Made by a program: the position numbers and the translations under genes. The notes under the pieces are model-generated. The model was given only the letters and a program-made list of their open reading frames with translations, made no database searches and had not been told where the DNA came from. A stretch of DNA of 47,150 bases from Nemertoderma westbladi (Eukaryota; Animalia; Xenacoelomorpha), in contig JAUCBJ010006021.1 in the NCBI GenBank assembly GCA_032718475.1, positions 1-47,150 on the forward strand, in the 5' to 3' direction. Numbering within the stretch: the stretch's first letter is position 1; the number at the start of each line of letters is the position of its first letter. This document shows positions 36,526 through 47,150 of this stretch, in pieces.

Positions 36526-37231
36526 AACGTGTACTGCATACTGGCATAGTTACCAATTTAGTTTCTGGAGCACTGAAATTTGTATAATAATTTCCTCATT
36601 CTTACAACCATTTTGACTGGTACAAAATGGAGGAAGCTTATTACTGTAACACTACTGTTCTTCCCTACAAACCCTTATTCCCCAAAAAATAATCAACCAT
36701 ATGATATTATCATTGTGATTTTAAACTAAAACAAATAAATTAATTACACTTAAATTCAATACAGCAATCCCTATATTATTATGTGAAAATCTTCGCTAAC
36801 ATTAATGGAAATTATTACATTTCCCTGCAGTGGAATTATTTTTTTTTTTGCATCAAACCTTACTGTTATTCGGTAATTTTTGTATATATTTCAAAATTTG
36901 AATAGTTACCGAAATATAGCTATTAATGTGTAACACGCCAATGTAAATATTAGGCCTACTCATTTCCCATTGAATCACAGCTTATTGTGAAATTAATTAA
37001 ATTATTCTGGAACATCACCAATTTACTACTAACTCTTTCCTACTGTTCCTTTTGTTTGGCTTGTGTTATGCAAATTTATGTAGAATTTCCATGAATAAAC
37101 ATACAGTATGATCCGCGAAATAACATTTTATAGACTTTTTTTGGGCATTAACAAGATAGAATCCAAAAAAATGTGGTTCAGATTGATTACACATCACTAA
37201 TGGTTTTTTTGCTAGATTGACGCGACTAACA

Positions 37232-37360
37232 GGCTGGTCCTCACTCGGCGAAAAAAATGTCCTGGAAAGCGGAGGCGGCTTTGTCCAGGCTTGGGGTAAC
37301 CAATGAGACAATGTTATATAGTGACTAGTTGGATATGTGTGCATTGTACTTGACACAATG
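37232..37360 (+). repeat. Dispersed repeat, homologous to 1943-2105
   Basis: See 1943-2105. Confidence 0.75.
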
Positions 37361-39689
37361 AACCCAACGTGTACTACGTTGCGACACAGACGACATTAAT
37401 GAAAAAAAAAATCTTTCACAATAGCTAGGCTTACTTCTTTTAATAATACTAGCTACCATAGAAAGATAATATTTTCGCACAATCTATAATGTGTTCTGGA
37501 ACATTTTTCAATTAGAAATATTTGTAAATTTTTTTAGTTGTTTTTAAAAAACACTAGCTAATCCAAAAATACTAAAAATACTAGCTATTATAGAAGGTCA
37601 TGCTACCATGCCCAAAAATTCAAAACAATATATTTTGGCCGCGTGATGTTCTAGAACTCTAATCCAATAATACCAGCTGCCATGCATTTAAAAAGTTTTT
37701 AAACATTACATACATTACTTACCCTTAACAATTACATACACTCAACATAACATTACATAACACAATTTTTGGCCGCGTGATATTCTCAAACATTAATAAA
37801 TGCCAAAAACTTATTTTGTTCTAAAATATTTAATTAAAATGACCGACATTTTTAAAAACCGCTTTTGTTCTAGAACCTTTAATTAAAATGACGGATATTT
37901 TAACAAGTTTGGAGATTGTTGTGAAAAGATCCTACTCTATTAACAACAATTAATTGATGTTCAAATCCATGCAATTAACGAAGCAATACATTTATACTGT
38001 AATTACAGATGATTTGACAGCTGAAGTGAAGTATAATAAGTGAAAGTTATTTATTCAATCGAATTTCAAGAGTCCTTCGACTCTTTACTTTTCTTAAAGT
38101 GTTCACTTGCAAGTGTTTATTTGATTTTATTCAAACCACCCATTATCTGAGCAACTACAGTAGGCCTGGCCCTGAATGCCTGAAGCACAGTCGTGGGCCA
38201 GGGGTGGCCAAAATACCCTAGAATGAAGTTTGTTTTAGTGGTTTTATTATTGAAACATATCCTATCTTGTAGCCCATAATTCGAAACCTAAGAAAAAATA
38301 TTTTTTTCTGAGGGGAAAAATTACAATTTTTCTATTTTTCACTCAAATTTTCAGTTTTTAGGAAACATTTCTTTAAAAAAACGTAATTTTTTAAAAATTG
38401 GACTACATTAAAATTTTTTTTAATGTTCTCCATGGCGAACTGATTCCAACTATGTGGTTTTTAGAGGTCCTCAGCGTAGTCTTCATGCTTCAAGTTTTCA
38501 TTTAAAATTTTTTTTTACAAAAATATTTCATTTTTCGTAATTAGGGAAGCCAGACTTTTCGAACTAATCCGACCGCACTGAAAAACATATCAGACATTCA
38601 ATTACAACGTTTGTACATCATGAATATGAAAAAAATTGCTCCTACTTGCCCCCCCCCCCCCCCCCCCCCCCCCTTCACATAAGGACCAATTCAAAAATTC
38701 CAGTTTTCAACATTTTTCTATTATTATTGCATACATGTAGTCTTATTAATGCAATAACACATCGAATTCCTATCACTACTCTGAATACTTTATTGACCAT
38801 GATCACTGATGGTTATAATGATACAAGCAACCACTCATCAATTCACTTACTAATGGGATTCTACTTCCGCTTAGTTGCTATTTGTGAGCAGTAATTGGCT
38901 GAAAATTTCAACAGCTCTCTAAGCTGATACTGGTTTTGGGCTTCCAGCATTAGGTCAGACAAAAAGCCAGTGGCACATATAGTATGCCACTTGGCTTGGG
39001 ATCCAATAAGACTCCAACATTCTGGTTTTTCGCTTCCAGCATTAGGTCAATCAAAAAGTCAAACTATGTCTCCCTGCAACACCTTTACGTCGTGGCAGAG
39101 CTTAATACTGAACATTTACTTTAGTTTACTAAGGTTGCAGGAAATTGTACCACTTTTATGGAACATCTCAAAATTAATAATAATTATAAATAAATAATAA
39201 TAATAACAAATAATAACAACTTTGAAAACCTATAAATACAGAAAATAGCACATTTCTATGAAGCTTTAGATTTTGATATTTTGTGCCATGCTAAACACAT
39301 GTGCCACATGCTAAAAGTGGCACCTATATGTGCCACTAGAGAATTCGAAACCGTTTGTAATCGAATCAGCACCTTTGAAATCTGTGACGGGATCCGAGTT
39401 GGCACAGGATCCCGACCGGTTTTTGGTCACTGGTCACTTCAGTGACCAGTTTGTAGCTAAACATTGAAACCAAAAATACAATTCAGACTCATACATTTTG
39501 AAGTTTTTCACCAATAATGGGCAGCACTAAGCAGCTGATAGATAATAATGAATGCCTTGAAATTTCTTGTTCCTCTGCCTAAATTGCAACAATACTGCAG
39601 TAACTAACTGGTAACAACTCAAATCACAATCACACTTTTTTTACTACTGTATTATAATACTGCATACTGTACAGCTGTATGATGCTGTG

Positions 39690-40763
39690 ATGGATTCGCT
39701 TTTGCTACAACCCCAAGACAGTTTCCGAGAAACCACGGTCGGTGTAGTTGGTTGCGATGACAACATCCCGCTATCAGAGGATCTTTTTACCGAGAACTCC
39801 CAACCGACGTCGCGTTTCCGTTGCGACATGTGCGACGCCGCTGGCAAATACACGTGTCCCCGGTGCGGCACCTACAGCTGCAGTCTGCGGTGCTGCGTGT
39901 CCCACAAATCCGTAGCGGGTTGCAGCGGTGTACGGGACGTGGCAGCGTACGTTACCGCTAAAACATTCTCCGACGCGCATCTGGTTCGAGATTACCGGTT
40001 CCTCGAGGACGTTACGCGGCACGTCGAAGCGACTTCGCGCTGGAAACTCCACCGCTGCACCGGAAGTCAACCTCGCCCTGAACACGTGGTACAACTGTGC
40101 AAAGCGGCCTACCGATCTGGCATTAAGTACCAATTAGCTAGCTACGGACTGCAGGTCAGATTCACTAATAAAACTATGTTCGACTTCAGAAGAAGGAAAA
40201 TTCTTTGGCAAATAGATTGGTTTTTCGTTTCAGCGGTAGGTGATCGCTGCCTCGTAAAACGAGATGTTAAAGTCCCGGAAAACGCCGTTATAAAAACTTT
40301 ACTCACTAAATATTTGGATAGAAATTCGTGTGAAGTTGAATTGAAGTACGATTTATCGCGTTACGACGATGAAGGGGGATTAGATTCAGTGGAAGTTTTA
40401 ATGATTGTCGATCATTTACAAACCCCTGATAAACAGTACCACCGACTCGATAAAGAAAAGTCTTTGCAGTTGAATCTGCGCGATAAAGTTGTTAACGAAT
40501 TTCCCAGGATAACTCTTGTGGTTCCTTCCGAGCTGCATAAGTTCCGATTGTTTCGCGAGAATGGATCGAATCCTTACCTCCCTCGCAAGGCGCCGAGTAA
40601 CGCCTGCCGCGGAGTCGGAATAACCGACAATGGAAGAGAGACAGCTAATAATTCGATTGACAAAACCGATCAGGGAATAGGTATTGATAACGAATTGTCT
40701 TCATGCGATGAACCACCAGAAGAACTTCCTATTAAATACAGACGAATTGATGATTCTGTGTGA
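39690..40763 (+). CDS. ZNHIT6: Box C/D snoRNA protein 1 / zinc finger HIT domain-containing protein 6 (357 aa)
   Basis: zf-HIT CDMC..KYTCPRC..YSCSLRC..HK..CSGVRD. DYRFLED, N.T.FD.R.K.I.W.I.W.F and SL..NL..K.V.EFP motifs typical of BCD1. First ATG is at 39690 (the ORF track starts at a GTG). Confidence 0.9.
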   Translation: MDSLLLQPQDSFRETTVGVVGCDDNIPLSEDLFTENSQPTSRFRCDMCDAAGKYTCPRCGTYSCSLRCCVSHKSVAGCSGVRDVAAYVTAKTFSDAHLVRDYRFLEDVTRHVEATSRWKLHRCTGSQPRPEHVVQLCKAAYRSGIKYQLASYGLQVRFTNKTMFDFRRRKILWQIDWFFVSAVGDRCLVKRDVKVPENAVIKTLLTKYLDRNSCEVELKYDLSRYDDEGGLDSVEVLMIVDHLQTPDKQYHRLDKEKSLQLNLRDKVVNEFPRITLVVPSELHKFRLFRENGSNPYLPRKAPSNACRGVGITDNGRETANNSIDKTDQGIGIDNELSSCDEPPEELPIKYRRIDDSV

Positions 40764-41444
40764 CTGAATTTTTATTACGGACTAGTGAGTTATTTTTACC
40801 CATCCAGCCCAGAGTACCACCCAAGTGCCGCAGCCTGGTGGTGTGTCTTGCCCTCATAACTCAAACCTAAAGGTATTATTGTTCTAAATAATAGTGAAAT
40901 TAACAAAATCTTGCTTTCCCTTTCGCCATGAAAAATAATTAAAAATAATAGTAATGAGTGTTAATGTATTACACCAATAATGCATGCTAGATGAGCATAG
41001 ATCATCATTTTAAAGAATTATATTTTATTTGGGCAATCTAATTACGAATATTGTTGGGAGAGAAGTGTCGATCGATTTTATTATGTTGAAAAATGTAAAA
41101 AGAGTTAATATAATATAAAATCAATAATGTTTTAATGTAATTGAGTTTTAATGTAATTGAATTAGTAATTTAGTAGCAATAAATAAAACAAAGGAAGGCA
41201 TTAGAGTGATTATACGGCAGGGTAATTGGTTTTAGTGAATTCGATTTTGTACAGTTTAAATTACCTACAGCACTTAGGACATTTATAATTATAATAATTA
41301 CATTATAATTTGCACCACAAAATAAAACTACTTAGTTTCTTTTGGACGGCGTCTAACTGTTCATAGACAGTAAGGAGTTGGCTGCGGCATGGGGGTCGCC
41401 GTGATTGGCGTGTAAGACCCCCAGTATGACGTCGTTCCCTACCT

Positions 41445-41680
41445 ACCTTACTCGCCTCCGCTTTGCAGGACATTGCTTTCGCCGTGAGGACCAGTCAGTG
41501 CATAATCTTGTACTTTGGCAGCCTCATGGAGTGAATAAGCATGGTGGACAGCCCATAACTTTCTTGAGACGCATCTTAAAGGACACTGGCCTTGAAGGTG
41601 CGGATGATCTAGCAAATGTCATGGGTGATAGGGAGTTATGGCGGAGCAATTTTGTTGATAAGCCGGCACAGCATTCTTAA
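41445..41680 (+). mobile_element. RTE/RTEX-clade LINE ORF2 3' fragment
   Basis: RLRFAGHCFR..LVLWQP.G..GGQP.TF..ILKDTGL..M.DRELWR, the characteristic RTE-type C-terminus. Confidence 0.8.
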
Positions 41681-43177
41681 AAATGCAGCTGCAATGCAGC
41701 ATGCCGATCCTAGTAGTAGTACCTTTTTGCACTTAGTTCTTACCTTACTGCACGATAGACGGTCGTTCCAACTCCCTGTAATCCCAAGACTCGTGGTCTC
41801 CCGCTAAGCGGCGCTGATAAACCTCTCCCACGGTTAGAACTTTCGTTGTGAGTTTCTTGAACGGCCGGCCGCGGTTCCTCTTCTTGAGTAAACCTGAGTA
41901 AATTAATTTAAATAATAAGTTAATTAATAAGTGAAGCCTTCTTATAGTAAGTCTAGCTCCGTTGTAATTATATACGGGATTATAATAAATAAATTACCTT
42001 TCTTGTAATCGGCTCCGATCCCGAAACACTTTATTATATTTGATTGCGAACGGCCATTAATTATGGTAATGCGTCGTCTCTATAATAAAGCAGATATTTT
42101 TTTATGAATAAACATTAAATTATTAATAAACTAAACTATAAATAAATAAAAACATTAAAACAGAACGAGTGATAATAATGATAATGAAAGAATAGGCCTA
42201 ATCAACTCAACTAAAATAATTCTATACTTAATGGTGGAGACAGAGCTAGTATATTGTCAGCAGCAGCGGCGCTCTATTACAAAGTTGAAGTAAAAAAATG
42301 TCTGGGACGAATGACCTCTGTCTTTTAAGTGAAACCGCGCACACCAATCCAATAACAAGACGGTCAATATATAATTCAACAAGCAAAGGCAATGTATGCA
42401 GAGTCGAGCTCAATAACATGTCCTTGTGTGTTGATTAGGCCTGGCGTGGTGTGTGGGTGGCCCTTGCCTGGGTTGGTTAGTTTCCATGGAAATATGTTCT
42501 AGAATATTAAATGATTTGCCTTGAGTGAACCAAACCAACCTCCCACACAATGCTGACGCATTGTATCCCAGCCGTCCAGCCCAGCCCGGCTGGCGCCTCC
42601 TACAACACAATGCAAGCAGCTCAGCTCAATATTGCTTGAAAATTCTCTTGTAAATATTTCCCCCATCAATAAATAATTACACTTGAAATGCACTATAGAG
42701 GGGTGGGGAGGTGTTAGCGATGTCGCCCGGTGATTCTGAGCGTTTTTGGTGATCATTTGCTTGAAATATATTTTTTAAGCTCTATCTCGTGGTGTCGGTT
42801 AGAACGCGCGAAAATGAAAATCGATGGTCATTTTTGAAAAAAATCGGAAGTTATTTGACAAAATTATGGCTAATTTTGGGAAGGGCTTTTGTGTTGGCAA
42901 TTTATTATTTAATACAATTGAATATTTGGCAGATGTTAAGTTCATGAACCCGGGCAATTAAATTTAAATGACAAGTTATTTCGGTAAATTGCGGGTAATT
43001 TTGGGAAGGGCTTTTGGAATGGAAATCAAATTTAAATGAAAGGTGTTCTTAGGATAATTTGAATTAATAACGAGTGCCCTACATAACGGCGCAGTGCACT
43101 TAATAACAAGCGCACTGCATGCAGTGCACTTAATGTTATATGCTGTATTTTATGCTATATGCTATACGCTAAGTTAT

Positions 43178-45962
43178 ATGTCATTTTGCCAAAATGTCAT
43201 TTTCAAGTTGACAGTTTGACATGTCATTTTGTCAAATGTCACTTCCAAATTGACAGTTTGACATGTCATTTTGTCAAATGTCACTTTAAAAATTGACATT
43301 TTGACATGTCATTTTGCCAAAATGTCACTTTCGAATTGACATTTTGACATGTCATTTTGCCAAAGTGTCAATGTGTCAATATGTCACTTTCAAATTGACA
43401 GTTTGACATGTCATTTTGCCAAATGTCACTTTGGAATTGACATTTTGGCATGACATTTTGCCAAAATGTCACTCATTTTGCCAAAATGTCACTTTCGAAT
43501 TGACATTTTGACATGTCATTTTGCCAAAATATCAATGTGTCAAAATGTCACTTTCAAATTGACAGTTTGACATGTCATTTTGTCAAATGTCACTTTCAAA
43601 TTGACATTTGACATGTCATTTTGCCAAAATGTCACTTTCGAATTGAAATTTTAACATGTCATTTTGCCAAAATGTCAATGTGTCAATATGTCACTATCAA
43701 ATTGACAGTTTGACATGTCATTTTGTCAAATGTCACTTTAAAATTGACATTTTGACATGTCATTTTGTCAAATGTCACTTTTAAATTGACATTTTGACAT
43801 GTAATTTTGCCAAAAAGTCACTTTCGAATTGACATTTTGACATGTCATTTTGCCAAAATGTCAATGTGTCAATATGTCACTTTCAAATTGACCGTTTGAC
43901 ATGTCATTTTGTCAAATGTCACTTTAAAAATGACATTTTGACATGTCATTTTGTCAAATGTCACTTTAAAAATGACATTTTGACATGTCATTTTGCCAAA
44001 ATATCACTTTCAAATTGACATTTTGACATGACATTTTGCCAAAATGTCACTCATTTTGCCAAAATGTCACTCATTTTGCCAAAATGTCACTCATTTTGCC
44101 AAAATGTCACTCATTTTGCCAAAATGTCACTTTCGAATTGACATGTTGACATGTCATTTTGCCAAAATATCAATGTGTCAAAATGTCACTTTCAAATTGA
44201 CAGTTTGACATGTCATTTTGCCAAAATGTCACTTTAAAATTGACATTTTGACATGTCATTTTGTCAAATGTCACTTTCAAATTGACATTTTGACTTGTCA
44301 TTTTGCCAAAATGTCACTTTCGAATAGACATTTTGACATGTCATTTTGCCAAAACGTCACTTTCGAATAGACATTTTGACATGTCATTTTGTCAAATGTC
44401 ACTTTAAAAATGACATTTTGACATGTCATTTTGTCAAATGTCACTTTAAAATTGACATTTTGACATGTCATTTTGTCAAATGTCACTTTTAAATTGACAT
44501 TTTGACATGTAATTTTGCCAAAATGTCACTCATTTTGCCAAAATGTCACTCATTTTGCCAAAATGTCACTCATTTTGCCAAAATGTCACTTTCAAATTGA
44601 CAGTTTGACATGTCATTTTGCCAAATGTCACTTTGGAATTGACATTTTGACATGTCATTTTGCCAAAATGTCACTTTCGAATTGACATTTTGACATGACA
44701 TTTTGCCAAAATGTCACTCATTTTGCCAAAATGTCACTTTCGAATTGACATTTTGACATGTCATTTTGCCAAAATATCAATGTGTCAAAATGTCACTTTC
44801 AAATTGACAGTTTGACATGTCATTTTGTCAAATGTCACTTCCAAATTGACAGTTTGACATGTCATTTTGTCAAATGTCACTTTCAAATTGACATTTGACA
44901 TGTCATTTTGCCAAAATGTCACTTTCGAATTGAAATTTTGACATGTCATTTTGCCAAAATGTCAATGTGTCAATATGTCACTATCAAATTGACAGGTTGA
45001 CATGTCATTTTGTCAAATGTCACTTTAAAATTGACATTTTGACATGTCATTTTGTCAAATGTCACTTTTAAATTGACATTTTGACATGTAATTTTGCCAA
45101 AATGTCACTTTCGAATTGACATTTTGACATGTCATTTTGCCAAAATGTCAATGTGTCAATATGTCACTTTCAAATTGACCGTTTGACATGTCATTTTGTC
45201 AAATGTCACTTTAAAAATGACATTTTGACACGTCATTTTGCCAAAATATCACTTTCAAATTGACATTTTGACATGACATTTTGCCAAAATGTCACTCATT
45301 TTGCCAAAATGTCACTCATTTTGCCAAAATGTCACTCATTTTGCCAAAATGTCACTTTCGAATTGACATGTTGACATGTCATTTTGCCAAAATATCAATG
45401 TGTCAAAATGTCACTTTCAAATTGACAGTTTGACATGTCATTTTGCCAAAATGTCACTTTAAAATTGACATTTTGACATGTCATTTTGTCAAATGTCACT
45501 TTCAAATTGACATTTTGACTTGTCATTTTGCCAAAATGTCACTTTCGAATAGACATTTTGACATGTCATTTTGCCAAAACGTCACTTTCGAATAGACATT
45601 TTGACATGTCATTTTGTCAAATGTCACTTTAAAAATTGACATTTTGACATGTCATTTTGCCAAAATGTCACTTTCGAATAGACACTTTGACATGTCATTT
45701 TGCCAAAATGACACTTTCGAATTGACATTTTGACATGTCATTTTGCCAAAATGTCAATATGTCACTTTCAAATTGACAGATTGACATGTCATTTTGCCAA
45801 AATGTCACTTTCGAATAGACATTTTGACATGTCATTTTGCCAAAATGTCACTTTCGAATTGCCATTTTGACATGTCATTTTGACAAAATGTCACTTTCGA
45901 ATTGACATGTCATTTTGCCAAAATCTCACTTTCGAATTGACATTTTGACATGTCATTTTTCC
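43178..45962. repeat. ~42-43-bp satellite built from palindromic TGACATGTCA / TTTTGCCAAAA modules, with a higher-order duplication
   Basis: Unit approx. TGACATTTTGACATGTCATTTTGCCAAAATGTCACTTTCGAAT, with interspersed 20-bp sub-units. Confidence 0.95.
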
Positions 45963-45969
45963 AATTTTC

Positions 45970-47150
45970 AAAAAGCAAACATAACTGTTACCAGTCCGTT
46001 TCTGTAACATTTTGAGAAAAGTTCACTTGTGATACTTCTTTTAGTGTTAAATTAACAGCAGATTCCAAATACAGTAACCGTTTTTACATATGATTTGTAG
46101 TTCTCGCGAAAAATGGGTTCAAACACAACATTTTTTGATATTTTACGAGATTTGATGCATTCTTTATTGAAAAAGTATACATAACTATTCCCAGTCCGTT
46201 TCTGTGAGATTTAGAGAAAAGTTCACTTGTGATACTTCTTTTAGTGTTAAATTAACAGCAGATTCCAAATACAGTAACCGTTTTTACATATGATTTGTAG
46301 TTCTCGCGATATTTGGGTTCAAACACAACGTTTTTTGATATTTTACGAAATTTAAGGTATTTTTTATTGAAAAAGCAGACATAACTTTTCCCAGTCCGTT
46401 TCTGTAACATTTAGAGAAAAATTCACTTGTGATACTTCTTTTAGTGTTAAATTAACAGCAGATTCCAAATACAGTAACCGTTTTTACATATAATTTGTAG
46501 TTCTCGCGATATTTGGGTTCAAACACAACGTTTTTTGATATTTTACGAAATTTAAGGTATTTTTTATTGAAAAAGCGAACATAACTTTTCTGAGTCCGTT
46601 TCTGTAACATTTAGAGAAAAGTTCACTTGTGATACTTCTTTTAGTGTTAAATTAACAGCAGATTCCAAATACAGTAACCGTTTTTACATATGATTTGTAG
46701 TTCTCGCGATATTTGGGTTCAAACACAACGTTTTTTGATATTTTACGAAATTTAAGGTATTTTTTATTGAAAAAGCAGACATAACTTTTCCCAGTCCGTT
46801 TCTGTAACATTTAGAGAAAAGTTCACTTGTGATACTTATTTTAGTGTTAAATTAACAGCAGATTCCAAATACAGTAACCGTTTTTACATATGATTTGTAG
46901 TTTTCGCGATATTTGGGTTCAAATACAACGTTTTTTGATATTTTACGAAATTTAATGTATTTTTTATTGAAAAAGCAGACATAACTTTTCCCAGTCCGTT
47001 TCTGTAACATTTAGTGAAAAGTTCACTTGTGATACTTTTTCTAGCGTGGAATTAGATGTAGATTCCAAATATGAAAACCGTTTTTAAATACCTTTTGTTG
47101 ATCTCGAGATATTGGTGTTTAAATACAGCAGCGTCTTTGACGTTTATTAA
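45970..47150. repeat. 200-bp tandem repeat, about 6 copies, running to the window end
   Basis: (G/A)TTCACTTGTGATAC recurs at 46021, 46221, 46421, 46621, 46821 and 47021. Confidence 0.95.

Noticed and set aside
38187-38215. CACAGT.. Transib/RSS-like terminus (also CACAGTG at 2099)
   Set aside because: No matching opposite TIR, nonamer or TSD found.
30118-38673. Poly-C tracts (~30118, ~30548, ~38648) as G-quadruplex elements
   Set aside because: Homopolymer runs are common in such repeats and their length is error-prone; no specific evidence of function.
39644-40137. ORFs overlapping ZNHIT6 in other frames
   Set aside because: Shadow ORFs of a GC-rich coding region.

Overview
AT-rich, repeat-dense animal genomic DNA, probably a marine invertebrate (the taxon cannot be fixed from sequence). 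There are two host genes. One is an insulin-like prepropeptide (34476-34796, -) with a very unusual architecture: two tandem A-chains and a rearranged cysteine set. The other is a single-exon-CDS ZNHIT6/BCD1 (39690-40763, +). A 13.2-kb BEL/Pao LTR retroelement (10252-23420) has ~99% identical LTRs. Its long ORF encodes Gag-protease fused in frame to only the C-terminal tail of RNase H, with no RT and no integrase. The gag 5' end is split by a 958-bp insertion, and the 3' region holds a duplicated candidate pseudoknot RNA and a decayed extra ORF. The rest consists of a multi-level nest of non-autonomous DNA transposons (2491-9363, most TSDs resolved), a 1.4-kb hAT foldback, a diverged relative of the LTR, Helentron/DINE-like elements, CR1 and RTE LINE 3' fragments, a tRNA-SINE head, and two satellite arrays at the right end. 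All calls come from reading the sequence by eye; no database searches were run.
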